Shown: piece after piece, positions 63,877 through 64,000 of the stretch
How positions within the stretch are numbered: position 1 is the first letter of the stretch
Layout of the letters: every line of letters starts with the position of its first letter
Source: an uncultured Pseudomonadota bacterium
Lineage (GTDB): Bacteria; Myxococcota_A; UBA796; SXON01
Length of the DNA stretch: 64,000 nucleotides
Direction of reading: 5' to 3'
Assembly: GCA_903921785.1 (NCBI GenBank)
Contig: CAIXRH010000132.1
Coordinates: 75,180 to 139,179 of the forward strand
Position numbers and translations under genes: made by a program
Notes under the pieces: model-generated
What the model was told of the DNA's origin: nothing
Database searches by the model: none
What the model saw: the letters and a program-made list of their open reading frames with translations, nothing else

Positions 63877-64000
63877 CCCACCACCCGCCCGTCTTCCACC
63901 TTCACCAGGCGGGTGGCACACTCCATGACCTTGGGATCATGGGTGGAGAAGATGAAGGTGATCTTGTCGTTCCGGTTCAGGTCGCTCATCAGGTCGATGA
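63873..64000 (-). CDS. ABC transporter ATP-binding protein, C-terminal fragment (5' end outside the window)
   Basis: The minus-strand translation reads ...IDLMSDLNRNDKITFIFSTHDPKVMECATRLVKVEDGRVVG*, which is the H-loop/C-terminal region of LolD/MacB-type ATPases. Confidence 0.8.
   Translation of the reverse strand, partial: IDLMSDLNRNDKITFIFSTHDPKVMECATRLVKVEDGRVVG

Overview
Very GC-rich, densely packed chromosomal segment. By eye, third codon positions are almost all G/C. It carries about 60 protein genes and no rRNA, tRNA, CRISPR array, transposase or integrase that I can see. The lineage is most consistent with Myxococcota: one protein has a MYXO-CTERM-type tail, two lipoproteins carry Cys-rich 'putative metal-binding motif' repeats, and many proteins have lipoboxes (inference only, no search was run). 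Recognisable content, left to right: a repeat lipoprotein that runs off the 5' edge; Ppx/GppA plus tolQ-tolR-tolA-like-tolB (no pal); a LysR regulator; an OPT transporter overlapping moaA; an RNA uracil methyltransferase; a PAS-GAF histidine kinase divergent from a receiver/HD-GYP pair; a large MYXO-CTERM lipoprotein; ribA and HU. Then comes a long minus-strand run: lipid kinase, Fe-S CCG protein, AGPS-like flavoenzyme, alpha/beta hydrolase, dihydroorotase, three envelope proteins, GNAT, B12-radical-SAM and a lipoprotein. After that: a MoxR/DUF58/VWA/BatD/BatE aerotolerance-type operon; dnaJ-dnaK divergent from groES-groEL; an MFS transporter, MBL hydrolase and amidase; a WYL regulator divergent from a small membrane ORF plus SRAP; pruA and an argE-like gene; and an OM barrel / LolA-like / FtsX-type ABC export cluster that runs off the 3' edge. 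The most interesting signals are: (1) an orphan sigma-54 promoter plus strong intrinsic terminator between dnaK and groES, a candidate ~115-nt sRNA; (2) a WYL regulator / LexA-box-like promoter / 64-aa membrane peptide / SRAP module that looks like a DNA-damage checkpoint unit; (3) an AGPS-like (HHH motif) flavoenzyme translationally coupled to an Fe-S protein and a lipid kinase; (4) a family of two-tier GC hairpins with a conserved GCAACG bulge at transcription-unit ends. All product calls rest on motifs read by eye from the translations. No database search was possible.
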